The notes below the pieces were generated by a model. It ran no database searches. It worked only from the letters and a program-made list of their open reading frames with translations, and had not been told where the DNA came from. Both the position numbers and the translations under genes were made by a program. Positions 1 to 11,000 of a stretch of DNA of 64,000 nt are shown here, one piece after another. Source of the stretch: Pristiophorus japonicus (lineage: Eukaryota); contig NC_091995.1 in NCBI RefSeq assembly GCF_044704955.1, positions 53,196,001 to 53,260,000 of the forward strand, written 5' to 3'. Positions within the stretch are counted from its first letter, which is position 1. Every line of letters begins with the position of its first letter.

Positions 1-2397
1 TCCATCTTATGCAACTATACAATGACTACACAGATAGTATATCTAGTCTGCATATATAACATCACACTCCCCCAAGTCCTTTGTGCGGATTACCTTTGCA
101 CTGTGCGCTCTGGCTTAGCTCTCCCCAGACAAGTGCCAATAGCCCTTGCACCTTGGCTGTGCTTTGGCTTGGCTCTCTCCCTGTTCACCCCCAAGTCCTT
201 TTGTCACAACTTTGTGCAGTGGTTCCCAGTTTGGATGCTTCGATGATGCAGTGGAGGTTTCAGTGGGTTCTGGTTGTGATCCATGTGTGTGTCCATGGCT
301 ACATACATCCCCCCCCAGTGAGATCATGCAACAGGCCCGTTACATTAACATACAGGATCTGTCACAGTGCAAGTACAAAGAAAGGAAGTTACAGTTTGTA
401 TCGTGACACCTTGGTTCAGTGACTTACATTCGTTACGTTTTGCGGTCGTGCGCCAGGATTGGGTAGATTGCATTCATGGTTCAGTCATGGTAAGTACTGA
501 GGTAGCAGTACAGGTATGCGAGGACGCAGGTTCCAGAGCAACCGGACGGGGTGGCTAGTCGTCTGATAGCGGCGCTGCGCCCCCTGCTAGCCAGGACTCA
601 GGGCCTTTGCCGTTGCCTAGTGGTGGGCAGAGCCGCAGATGTGTGTGGCCTCCCTGTCCTCTTTTGAGAGCTACAGAATCTTCTGCCTGCTATCGAACCG
701 TGTTGGGAACCTGGCTGTTCCAGGCTCCGTTTGGGGAACTCGTTGGTTCTGACCTTTCGCTACCGGACATGGCCGAGGTAGCGACTGAGTCCGGGACTGC
801 GCCATCTCCACCCGAGTGGTGAGCAACGGCGGCTGACTGCACATTTTGGCGCCATTTTCATTTCCAGGTCTGTGGCGAATAGTGCCATCGGGTGCCTGCA
901 GTGTGGGATAGGCCTGGGGCAGGGTATCAGGATCAGTGCCTTTAACCTCCCGAATTCGCTTGTTTGCTACTTTAGGGGACACTCTATTCCCGACATCTCG
1001 CAACAACATTTTGTTCACAATCTTAGTCGGTTCGTTACATTGATTGCCATGCATGCAATGTCTCTTTAAGTTCAGTTGGTTGCAGGTCTCCTTTAAGAGA
1101 ACCCTGCTGGCTTTACCCCAATCAAATCCTTTGTTAGACACCACGTGTTGGTCCCTCACCGTTGCACCTCGTGATATGGCAGCGATCACCTTTTTTTTCA
1201 GCCACACTGCACCTCGCTGCAGCAGGGACGCCATCTTGCCTCTGTCCTTGAGGTCGACTGCCTTGTTCCTTCTCTCTCATGATTCTGCCACAAAAGCTGG
1301 AAGAGTGCCTGTGAATTCGATCTTCCTCCCGAGTAGTCCTGCCACTGGAGCCGGGAAAGTACTTTTAGGTCGTTGCGGTCGGATTATTGCCACGCAGTCG
1401 TGATGGACGGTCTGTGCCTCAGGTGCTGCGCTGGTCTGTTCTCTGGTGCCTGGCCCAAGCGAAGGTGAGGTTTTGCTCTGCCACTGAGCACGGTGGACAT
1501 CGATTGCTGGAGTGAAGAGGTCTTCCCATTTCCACTGGATCTTCCCCATCCACCTTCTTCTGAGTAGCATTGGACCATCACCTGCAACAATCCACAGAGG
1601 TAACTTGTGCACCATGCCATTATGGATTACACTTACATCCGCATTACCAAGGACTGGGGTCAGCTCCTTGGTGTAGGTGCTCAACTTTTCCTGTACTGGA
1701 ACCAGCTCGGGTCAACTTTCGTTCCATAGCCTCTCAAAGGCATCCTGGCTCGTCACTGACTGGCTCGCTCCCGTGTCCACTTCCATGAAGACTGGAACGC
1801 CGTTTATCTCGACTTCCATCTTCACTGGAGGACAATCGGTGGTGTAGGTATACACTCCATACACTTCTTCTTGGGGCTGAGCTGCCTCTCTGGCCAAATC
1901 ATCATATTCCCAGCTGGATTCAAAGTCATCTACGGACTCCTCTGCTAGACGGTGAGTCGTATTTCTTTTACACATACGCTGGAGGTGGTCCTTTGTGTTG
2001 CAGGCTTTGTATACATATGGAGTGCAACGGCAGGTCAGAGTGTAAAGGTAAGAGTTTGGTAAGTGGGAGAGTTCGGGCAAGTGGGAGCAGGAGGTGTTGC
2101 ATTGTCTTGTTTTCCCCACCAGTGCTGACTCCTCGATCTGGGAGGAAAAGAAAACGAAGTGTGACATCACAGCAAGAGGTTCGGGGACGTCGGAGCGGCC
2201 TATAAAGGCCAGCTGGTGCAGCTGCAGCAGGGAGAGAAGGCAAAAAAGAAGTAGAAAGAAATCGAAAGGTGACGTCACAGCCAAGGGGGTAAGTGATTGT
2301 CTGGTGATTGGTGAGTAGTTTTTTCTTTTACTTTTCTTTATCAATAAGTAACCTTTCGCATTATTGTTGCCAAATTAGTTAATCTAGGGGTTAAGTC

Positions 2398-3394
2398 ATG
2401 GAATGGAGAACTCGGACACATGTTATGCTCCTCCTGTACTATGTGGGAAATCAGAGACGCTTCCAGTGTCCCTGACGACTACATATGCGGGAAGTGTATC
2501 CGGCTGCAGCTCCTGACAGACTGCATTGCGGCACTGGAGCTGTGGGTGGATTCACTCTGGACCATCCACGATGCTGAGAATGACGTGAATTAGTGAGTTG
2601 GTCTTACATAGAAACATAGAAAATAGGTGCAGGAGTAGGCCATTCGGCCCTTCGAGCCTGCACCACAGATAAAGGTTACACAGCCAGATAGGGGATGGGT
2701 GACCAACAGGAAGAGCAGTGGAAGGAAGGTAGAGCAGTGGTCCCCTGCGGTCATCCCCCTGCAAAACAGATACACCGCTTTGGGTACAGTTGAGGGGGAT
2801 GACTCATCAGGGGAGGGCAGCAGCAGCCAAGTCCATGGTACCGTGGGTGGATCTGCTACACAGGAGGGCAGGAAAAAGAGTGGGAGAGCGATAGTGATAG
2901 GGGATTCAATTGTAAGGGGAAGAGATACACGTTTCTGCGGCCGCAACCGAGACTCCAGGATGGTATGTTGCCTCCCTGGTGCAAGGGTCAAGGATGTCTC
3001 GGAGCGGGTTCAGGACATTTTGAAGGGGGAGGGTGAACAGCCAGTTGTCGTGGTGCACATTGGTACCAACGATATAGGTACAAAACGGGATGAGGTCCTA
3101 TGAGACAAATTTATGGAGCTAGGAGCTAAATTAAAAAGTAGGACCTCAAAATTAGTAATCTCAGGATTGCTACTAGTGCTGCATGCTAGTCAGAGTAGGA
3201 ATCGCAGGATAGCTCAGATGAATACGTGGCTTGAGGAGTGCTGCAGAAGGGAGGGGTTCAAATTCCTGGGACATTGGAACTGGTTCTGGGGGAGGTGGGA
3301 CCAGTACAAACCGGATGGTCTGCACCTGGGCAGGACCGGAACCAATGTCCTAGGGGTGGTGTTTGCTAGTGCTGTTGGGGAGAGATTAAACTAA
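2398..3394 (+). pseudogene. CR1 ORF1: zinc finger/leucine zipper + SGNH esterase
   Basis: CSSCTMWE..CGKCIRLQLL, then IGDSIVRG, LPGA, HIGTND, PDGLH. Contains a frameshift, a stop at 3101 and a 59-bp insert. Confidence 0.88.
2606..2664 (-). mobile_element. 59-bp CR1 3' hairpin+tail inserted antisense in ORF1 of its own family
   Basis: Reverse complement = GGTGCAGGCTCGAAGGGCCGAATGGCCTACTCCTGCACCTATTTTCTATGTTTCTATGT. Confidence 0.9.
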
Positions 3395-3395
3395 T

Positions 3396-6310
3396 ATGGC
3401 AGGGGGATAGAAGGAAGTAGAATGGGGGCAGAAGCAAAAGATAGAAAGAAGAAAAGTAAAAGTGGAGGGCAGAGAAACCCAAGGCAAAAATCAAAAAGGG
3501 CTGCATTACAGCAAAATCCTAAAGGGGCAAAGGGTGTTAACAAGACAAGCCTGAAGGCTCTGTACCTCAATGTGAGGAGTATTCGGAATAAGGTGGATGA
3601 ACTAACTGCACAGATAGCAGTTAACGGATATGATGTAATTGGCATCACGGAGACATGGCTCCAGGGTGACCAAGGTTGGGAACTCAACATTCAGGGGTAT
3701 TCAACATTTAGGAAGGATAGACAGAAAGGAAAAATAGGGCAGGGGGTGGCGTTGCTGGTTAAAGAGGAAATTAATGCAATAGTAAGGAAGCACATTAGCT
3801 TCGATGATGTGGCATCTGTATAGGTGGAGCTATGGAATACCAAAGGGCAGAAAACGCTAGTGGGAGTTGTGTACAGACCACCAAACCGTTGTAATGAGGA
3901 TGGGGACAGCATCAAACAAGAAATTAGGGATGCGTGCAATAAAGGTACAGCAGTTATCATAGGCGACTTTAACCAAACTGGTAGCAATGCAGTGGAGGAG
4001 GATTTCCTGGAATGTATTAGGGATGGTTTTCTAGACCAATATGTTGAGGAACCAACTAGAGGGCTGGCCATCTTAGACTGGGTGATGTGTAATGAGAAAG
4101 GACTAATTAACAATCTTGTTTTGCGAGGCACCTTGGGGAAGAGTGACCATAATATGGTAGAATTCTTTATTAAGATGGAGAGTGACACAGTTAATTCAGA
4201 GACTAAGGTCCCGAACTTGGAGAAAGGTAACTTCGATGGTATGAGGCGTGAATTGGCTAGAATAGACTGGCGAGTGATACTTAAAGGATTGATGGTGGAT
4301 AGTCAATGGCAAACATTTAAAGATCACATGGATGAACTTCAACAATTGTATATCCCTGTCTGGAGTAAAAATAAAACGGGGAAGGTGGCTCAACCATGGC
4401 TAACAAGGGAAATTAAGGATAGTGTTAAATCCAACGAAGAGGCATATAAATTGGCCAGAAAAAGCAGCAAATCTGAGGACTGGGAGAATATTGTTATACA
4501 GCAGAGGAGGACAAAAGGTTTAATTAGGAGAGGGAAAATAGAGTATGAGAGGAAGCTTGCTGGGAACATAAAAACTGACTGCAAAAATATGTGGAGAAAA
4601 AGATTAGTGAAGAGAAACGTAGGTCCCTTGCAGTCAGATTCAGGTGAATTTATAATGGGGAACAAAGAAATGGCGGACCAGTTAAACAAATACTTTGGTT
4701 CTGTCTTCACGAAGGAAGACACAAATAACCTTCCGGAAATACTTGGCACCGAGGGTCCAGTGAGAAGGAGGAACTGAAGGATATCCCTGTAAAGCGGGAA
4801 ATTGTGTTAGGGAAATTGATGGGATTGAAGGCCGATAAATCCCCGGGGCCTGATAGTCTCCATCCCAGAGTACTTAAGGAAGTGGCCATAGAAATAGTGG
4901 ATGCATTGGTGATCATTTTCCAACAGTCTATCGACTCTGGATTTGTTCCGACGGACTGTAGGGTAGCTAATGTAACACCACTGTTTAAAAAGGAGGGAGA
5001 GAGAAAATGGGTAATTGTCGACCGGTTAGCCTGACATCAGTAGTGGGGGATATGTTGGAATCAAGTATTAAAGATGAAATAGCAGCTCATTTGGAAAGCA
5101 GTGACAGGATCGGTCCAAGTCAGCGTGGATTTATGAAAGGGAAATCATGCTTAACAAATCTTCTGGAATTTTTTGAGGATGTAACTAACAGAGTGAACAA
5201 GGGAGAACCAGTGGATGTGGTGTATTTGGACTTTCAAAAGGCTTTTGACAAGGTCCCACACAGGAGATTGCTGTGCAAAATCAAAGCACATGGTATTGGG
5301 GATAATGTACTGACATGGATAGAGAACTGGTTGGCAGACAGGAAGCAGAGAGTCGGGATAAACGGGTCCTTTTCAGAATGGCAGGCAGTGACCAGTGGGG
5401 TGCTGCAGGGCTCAGTGCTGGGACCCCAGCTATTTACAATATACACCAGTGATTTAGATGAAAGAATTGAGTGTAATATCTCCAAGTTTGCAGATGACAC
5501 TAAACTGGGTGGCGGTGTGAGCTGTGAGGAGGATGCTAAAAGGCTGCAGGGTGACTTGGACAGGTTAGCTCAGTGGGCCAATGCATGGCAGACGCAGTAT
5601 AATGTGGATAAATGTGAGGTTATCCACTTTGGGGGCAAAGACACAAAGGCAGAATATTATCTGAATGGCAGCAGATTAGGAAACGGGGAGATGCAACGAG
5701 ACCTGGGTGTCATGGTTCATCAGTCATTGAAAGTTGGCATGTAGGTCGAGCAGGCGGTGAAGAAGGCAAATGGTATGTTGGCCTTCACAGCTAGGGGATT
5801 TGAGTATAGGAGCAGGGAGGTCTTACTGCAGTTGTACAGGGCCTTGGTGAGGCCTCACCTGGAATATTCCTAATCTGAGGAAGGACGTTCTTGCTATTGA
5901 GGGAGCGCAGCGAAGATTCACCAGACTGATTCCCGGGATGGCGGGACTGACCTATGAGGAGAGACTGGATCAGCTGGGCCTTTATACACTGGAGTTTAGA
6001 AGGATGAGAGGGGATCTCATAGAAACTTATAAGATTCTGACGGGACTGGACAGGTTAGATGCGGGAAGAATGTTCCCGATGATGGGGAAGTCCAGAACCA
6101 GGGGACACAGTCTAAGGATAAGGGGTAAGCCATTTAGGACTGAGATGAGGAGAAACTTCTTCACTCAAGAGAGTTGTTAAGCTGTGGAATTCACTACCGC
6201 AGAAAGTTGTTGATGCCAGTTCATTGGATATATTCAAGCGGGAGTTAGATATGGCCCTTACGGCTAAAGGGATCAAGGGGTATAGAGAGAAAGCAGGAAA
6301 GGGGTACTGA
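3396..6310 (+). pseudogene. CR1 ORF2: AP endonuclease + reverse transcriptase
   Basis: YLNVRSI, ITETW, VYRPP, IGDFN, SDH; LDFQKAFDKV, QGSVLGP, FADD. Several stops and frameshifts. Confidence 0.92.
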
Positions 6311-7162
6311 GGTTAATGATCAGCCATGATCTTATTGAATGGTGGTGCAGGCTTGAAGGGCCGAATGGCTTACTCCTGCACCTATTTTCTATGTTTCTAT
6401 GTACTCAGCAAACCAACACTGGTGAGCCCTATGGTTTCCTCTGCAATGCCAGCATGGTGCTACTCGATTAGCACCCCTCTGAGTTCTGGAACCCTGAGGT
6501 CTGTGCTCTCTGCCCTGCCCACATTCTACAGTCTTGCCTGTGAAAGGCACCATTCTGTGTACAGTACTTGCCGGGTTTGAGTCCACAGGATGAATGATTT
6601 GCTTGGTGCTGCAGGTCGAGATTATGAACACCTGACTGATGCTGATGGCCTTCTGCAGGTTGACTGTGTTGTCGGCAGATAATAGCTTGTGAAGGAGGCC
6701 CTCGTGGCCAATTCCTATAACAAAGATGTCTCGCAATGCTTCATTGAGGTCCGTGCCAAAATCTCACGGTGCCGCAAGTCTCCTGAGGGCGGCAGCATGT
6801 TTTGCAATCTCCTGGCCCTCAGGTCTGCGGTGAGTGTAGAATCTGTGCCTGGCCGTGAGGATGCTCTGTTTTGGTTTTAGTTGGTCACGAATTAGTTCAG
6901 TCAGCTCATCGTATGTCTTATCCGTGGCCTTCGTGGGTGCCAGCAAGTCCCTGACGAGGCGGTAGACCTCAGGCCCACAACTGGTCAGCAGTATAGCCTT
7001 GCACTTCTCCGCCAATGTGTCCATCTCCCCTGCCAGACAGTTTGCCACGAAATATTGCTTGAGCCTTTCCGTGAAGGCATCCCAATCATCACCCTCTGCG
7101 AAGTCTTTTAGTGTGCCAAAGGTAGCCACAATCGCGTGAAAGTCCGTATTCTTGTCGCCAAT

Positions 7163-7528
7163 TGTTGTGTCTGTAATGCACTTATGAATAACTCCATGAG
7201 GCAATGTGTTGTACTCAAACTGTAGTGACCTTGGTCCTTTATTCGTAACTCCAGAGTGAGGCACAAGTATGGTGGGCAGCCTTTTATACTGGGCCCTGCT
7301 CACCTATGCAGGTGACCCTCAGGTCTCCCACTGCAGTGCCCTCTGGTGGGCAGACTCTGCCACAGGAGCAGGAAACCCCGGTCTCCACCAGTTGCACCCT
7401 CTAGTGGTGCCAGCATGGTATATATACAGTGTAAACCTTATTGACAGTACATCAGGTAATAAGTCTCCATCTTATGTAACTATACGGTGAGTACACAGAG
7501 AGTATATCTATAGTCTGCATATATAACA
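7163..7528 (-). repeat. 5' LTR of Gypsy A (~366 bp, TG...CA)
   Basis: Minus strand starts TGTTA and ends CAACA, with TATAAAA (~7285) and AATAAA (~7240). Followed after 2 nt by PBS TGGCGACAAG (tRNA-Ser-like). Confidence 0.88.
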
Positions 7529-7598
7529 GTGACAGTACCTAGCAATGATCTCACGCAATGATCTCGTGCCATGTCGTGCAGTTGTTACCTTTTGCAGA

Positions 7599-8937
7599 AG
7601 AAGCTTTCGAAGAATAGGGCCGAGCAGCAGCGCACGCGTGGCGGGCCACCAGTCATCACTGAGCTGACCGACATTGAGAAGCGGGTGCTGGCACCAGTGA
7701 GGAGCCACCCCTAGTCGGCCACGCATGCAACAGCAGAACCTGATGTGGTGCCACATGAGTAAAGTACACACCATTGCGTGACGTATAGTCAATAGATGCC
7801 ACACCCACTCATATCCGAACAATAATATGATAGATAATTGATAAAAGTGTTAAATAAATAATGATGGCCTCATGAAAATCATTGTAATGCAGAATTTGGT
7901 CATGGTCATAAAATGTGATGTCTGTGATGATTTGTCGTGCATATGCTGTGTGTAGCGTTTGAATCACCTTGTGACCCTAGCACCCACTTCTCCTCTAATA
8001 ACCTAAGTTATGTTTTGTAGCTCAGCCAGCAGCACGGGCCCATGCAACACCACCGAGCCAAGAAGCTGCAGATCCGGCGGCGGCCTCATTGGGGGATTGT
8101 CAATATGGTGCTGAGGAGCCCCGAATCTCGCCCGTGGAGCTGCAGGGTGCCTTCTCCACTGATGACAGTGGCGACTTTCAGGAGCCTGCATCGAAAAGCT
8201 CCATCATCAATGCAACTTCGATGACATCTGCGGCCATGTCCTCCTCCACCATGGAGGTAGCGAGCCCAAGCACCTTGCCGCAGGGCACCCCAAGTGTCTC
8301 CGTGATGGCACGTACCCCGCAGAGGTTGGTTCAATGCAAGACTGCTCCATGAGCGGCAGATCTAAGCGGGGACATGGTACACTTGTCCAGGAAGAGTGTT
8401 AACATAGGTCAACAGATCTTCCAGACAATGGGGGGTATATCCCAACAGATGGCCAGCATGCCCGCCACCATGGCGGAGTATGTGCCGTGTATGGCGGAGG
8501 CCCTGGAGATGATAGCCAGGAATATTGGTACCAGAGGGCTACCAGTGGTCCCGGAGCACGACACTGCACCCCAAGGTGCCACACCCCCATTGCCAATGAC
8601 ATATGCGAGCCAGGAGGAAGGTCTTGCTTCTGGCTCGGAGGACGTTCCCTCCTCGGGGCCGTCTTCTCCAGAATTCGGCCAACCAGCGGCTCTGCCGACA
8701 TCCCTCCCAATGAAGCAGTGCCTGAGGAGCAGTGCGGCAAAGTGGCTTGGAGTCGGGAGGGAAAGGCAAAGGGGTGGGGAGGAGAAGTTGGGAGGCGGGG
8801 GGAGGGGGAAGGAAAGTGAGGTGCATGGCCGCAGGAGTTGTATTGGTCACAGTATTTTTATGCTGCTGCTATTTTGTTGGGAGTTTTGGCGGGAGGCGGG
8901 TACCTTGTTTTTTTGGATTTGTGTTCAATGTTTATGA
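7599..8937 (+). pseudogene. Harbinger Myb/SANT-like (trihelix) partner gene, downstream exons
   Basis: After acceptor TTTTGCAG: KKLSKNRAEQQRTRGGPPVITELTDIEKRVL (typical RTGGGP..LT..E motif). Second acceptor GTTTTGTAG at ~8020 leads to a Ser/Pro-rich C-terminus. Confidence 0.7.
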
Positions 8938-9299
8938 AGTTTTGTTGGAAATTATAAAAATTTAATGAATAATATAAATGTTATAAATTTGTTGTGGGGT
9001 GGGGTGGGATGTTTTTTACAGTTATAATTATGATTTTATACAAATGTTCTCATTAAATGTTTTTTATTTCACATAACCTTGTTGCGTATTGTCTCAGATA
9101 CTGCACCGTTACACACTGGTGATCCCTTAACTTAAAAGGGAATAATTCAACGTCACTTGAATCAACTTAAACTTTAACTGTCACCAAGATAATGCACACC
9201 ATTCATTTATCCAACATTATTTTAAGCAAAGCACTCATTTATGAGCTGCTGACGTAAGAGTCTTGCAGCTATGTAGCCACCACGGCCCCTTTCCTGCGG

Positions 9300-10319
9300 T
9301 CTAGAGGGGGGCGGGGGCATGTTTCATCATCAGCCTGATTGTCTGCCCCGAGGTCAGCGTACACCTCCTTGTCCTCCTCTTCCTCTCTCACCTGAGGTGG
9401 ACCAGCAACCCCTCTTGGCAGCCAAGTTATACAGCATGGAGCACACCACCACGAATTGAGCTACCTGCTCAGGATGGTATTGAAACTCACCTCCTGAGTG
9501 GTCCAGGCATCTAAAGCACTGCTTAAACACTCCAATGGTCTTCTCGACGATATTGCGTGTGGCTCTGTGGTTCTCGTTGTATCGCTTATCGGCTTCTGTC
9601 TGGATTTTACGCAGGGGGGTCATCAGCCAAATGGCGAGGCCAAAAGCCTTTGTCACCAAGCATCCAGCATTGACCTTGTGGCTGGCTGGTAAACATGTCA
9701 GATACAGCGCTCTCACACAGGATGTGAGCATCATGGATGCTGCCTGGAAATTTTGCATTTACTGCCATTATAATTTGCTAGTGGTCAACAACGAGTTGCA
9801 CATTCAGGGAATGGAAGTTTGGCACCTTGGGGAAGTTTGCAATTCTGGAAAATCCTAGAGCCCTCTCAGTCTGTGCCTCCTTGGCCATAGGGAAGCTGAT
9901 AAAGTCCTTCCTGCGTGCGTAAAGGGCTTCAGTGACCTGTTGAATGCAGCAATGTGTGGCAAGCTGAGATATCACGCAAATGTCGCCAGCTGAGGCCTGA
10001 AAGGAACCAGATGCGTAGAATGAAAGTGCCGTGGTGACCTTGACCTCGACGGTCAGTGCAGTCCTGATGGTGCTGGCAGGCTGCAGGTCTCCCCTAATGA
10101 GCTGGCATATCTCACTGATAACCTCTTTCCGGAAGCGCAGTCTCTTAAGGCACGTGTTACCGGACAAGTTCAGGTAAGACCACTTCGCCCTGTTCTCGTC
10201 CTCCTCAGCAGTCTGCTACCTCTTTGATTGAGCACATAATGATCTTGAATATACCTTCTGCCATCTCTAGTCTGCAGCATGTGATTAGCCAAGACAGGCT
10301 GAGAAATTACAGGCCCCAT
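9300..10319 (-). pseudogene. Harbinger (HARBI1-like, DDE_Tnp_4) transposase, internally deleted and frameshifted
   Basis: CLKRLRFRKE, ALSFYASGSFQ, FHSLNVQLVVDH, WLMTPLR, YNENHRATRNIVEKTIGVFKQCFRCLDHSGG, LYNLA. Confidence 0.9.
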
Positions 10320-11000
10320 TACAATAACAATCAGTATTATACCTATTGTTCACAAACAATAAATTTACCTACTAAAACACCTAAAATAACTTCAAATCGT
10401 CCATAGTATAAGATGTTTGTTCAGATGTTCAAAACACCTTAAAAGAACTCCAGAGTACATCAAAACTCCCCCGAAGTTGAAGCAGCCTTTTATATGAACC
10501 AACCTCCGATTTACAAAATGGCGTCCATACCGCTGGGTTTAGTTCAGGTGAGAGCAACTTTTTCTCAGCAGGTTTTTTTGGCGAGAGATATTTTCGGTGA
10601 TATGTGGGCGAGGTGCTGAAAGTAACGCTCGGCGATATTATGGGCGTTAGTTTCGCCCATTCTGATCTTTACGGCAAAAAAAACTGGGCGGGTGGTATTA
10701 TTAATTCTCGGCGTTATGTACATGCCGAAAGTAAAGCATGGCAATAAGTGAGAGATACATGGGCGTTAGTTTCTATTTTGTTGCTAAATGGGCGCTATCT
10801 GGGCCTTACACCTCATCTCAGCGTTAAAATGGACGTTACGTGGGCGGTATCGATGCAAAAATAATGGAAAGTCTAGCCCAATATGTGTTGGAGGAACGGC
10901 TGTGCAGAGGGGCAGAATGGATTTTCATGATACAATGGAATGATCACAATATTGTTAATCTTCAATAAATAGTAATCATTTTTTTAAAGAAATTTTAATG

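Larger units (their letters stand above)
2018..6401 (+). mobile_element. Full-length CR1-clade LINE (family A, ATGTTTCT tail), decayed
   Basis: 5'UTR, ORF1, ORF2 (APE + RT), 3' hairpin GGTGCAGG..CCTGCACC and ATGTTTCTATG tail. Splits the Gypsy gag zinc-knuckle region. Confidence 0.93.
1..7528 (-). mobile_element. Ty3/Gypsy LTR retrotransposon A (gag + protease, no recognisable RT/integrase), interrupted by a CR1; 3' LTR runs off the left edge
   Basis: 1-61 matches 7466-7528 (LTR U3 start TGTTATATATGCAGACT on minus). PPT GGACTTGGGGGAGTGTGA at 62-79; PBS TGGCGACAAG at 7160. Gag 7140-6403 (DDWDAFTERLKQYF..RHRFYTHRRPEG..CWHCRGNHRAHQC) resumes at 2017 (KACNTKDHLQRMC). Protease MEVDTGAS at ~1770. 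Confidence 0.9.
7529..10879. mobile_element. PIF/Harbinger DNA transposon 1 (right part; left end presumably beyond Gypsy A, outside the window)
   Basis: Myb-partner exons on plus converge on a HARBI1-like transposase on minus. Terminus TGGAAAGTCTAGCCC at 10879 (GGGC-type TIR). Confidence 0.85.

Noticed and set aside
9354-10167. Domesticated host genes HARBI1 / MSANTD / NAIF1
   Set aside because: Frameshifts, deletions and stops, plus TIR context, indicate decayed transposon copies.
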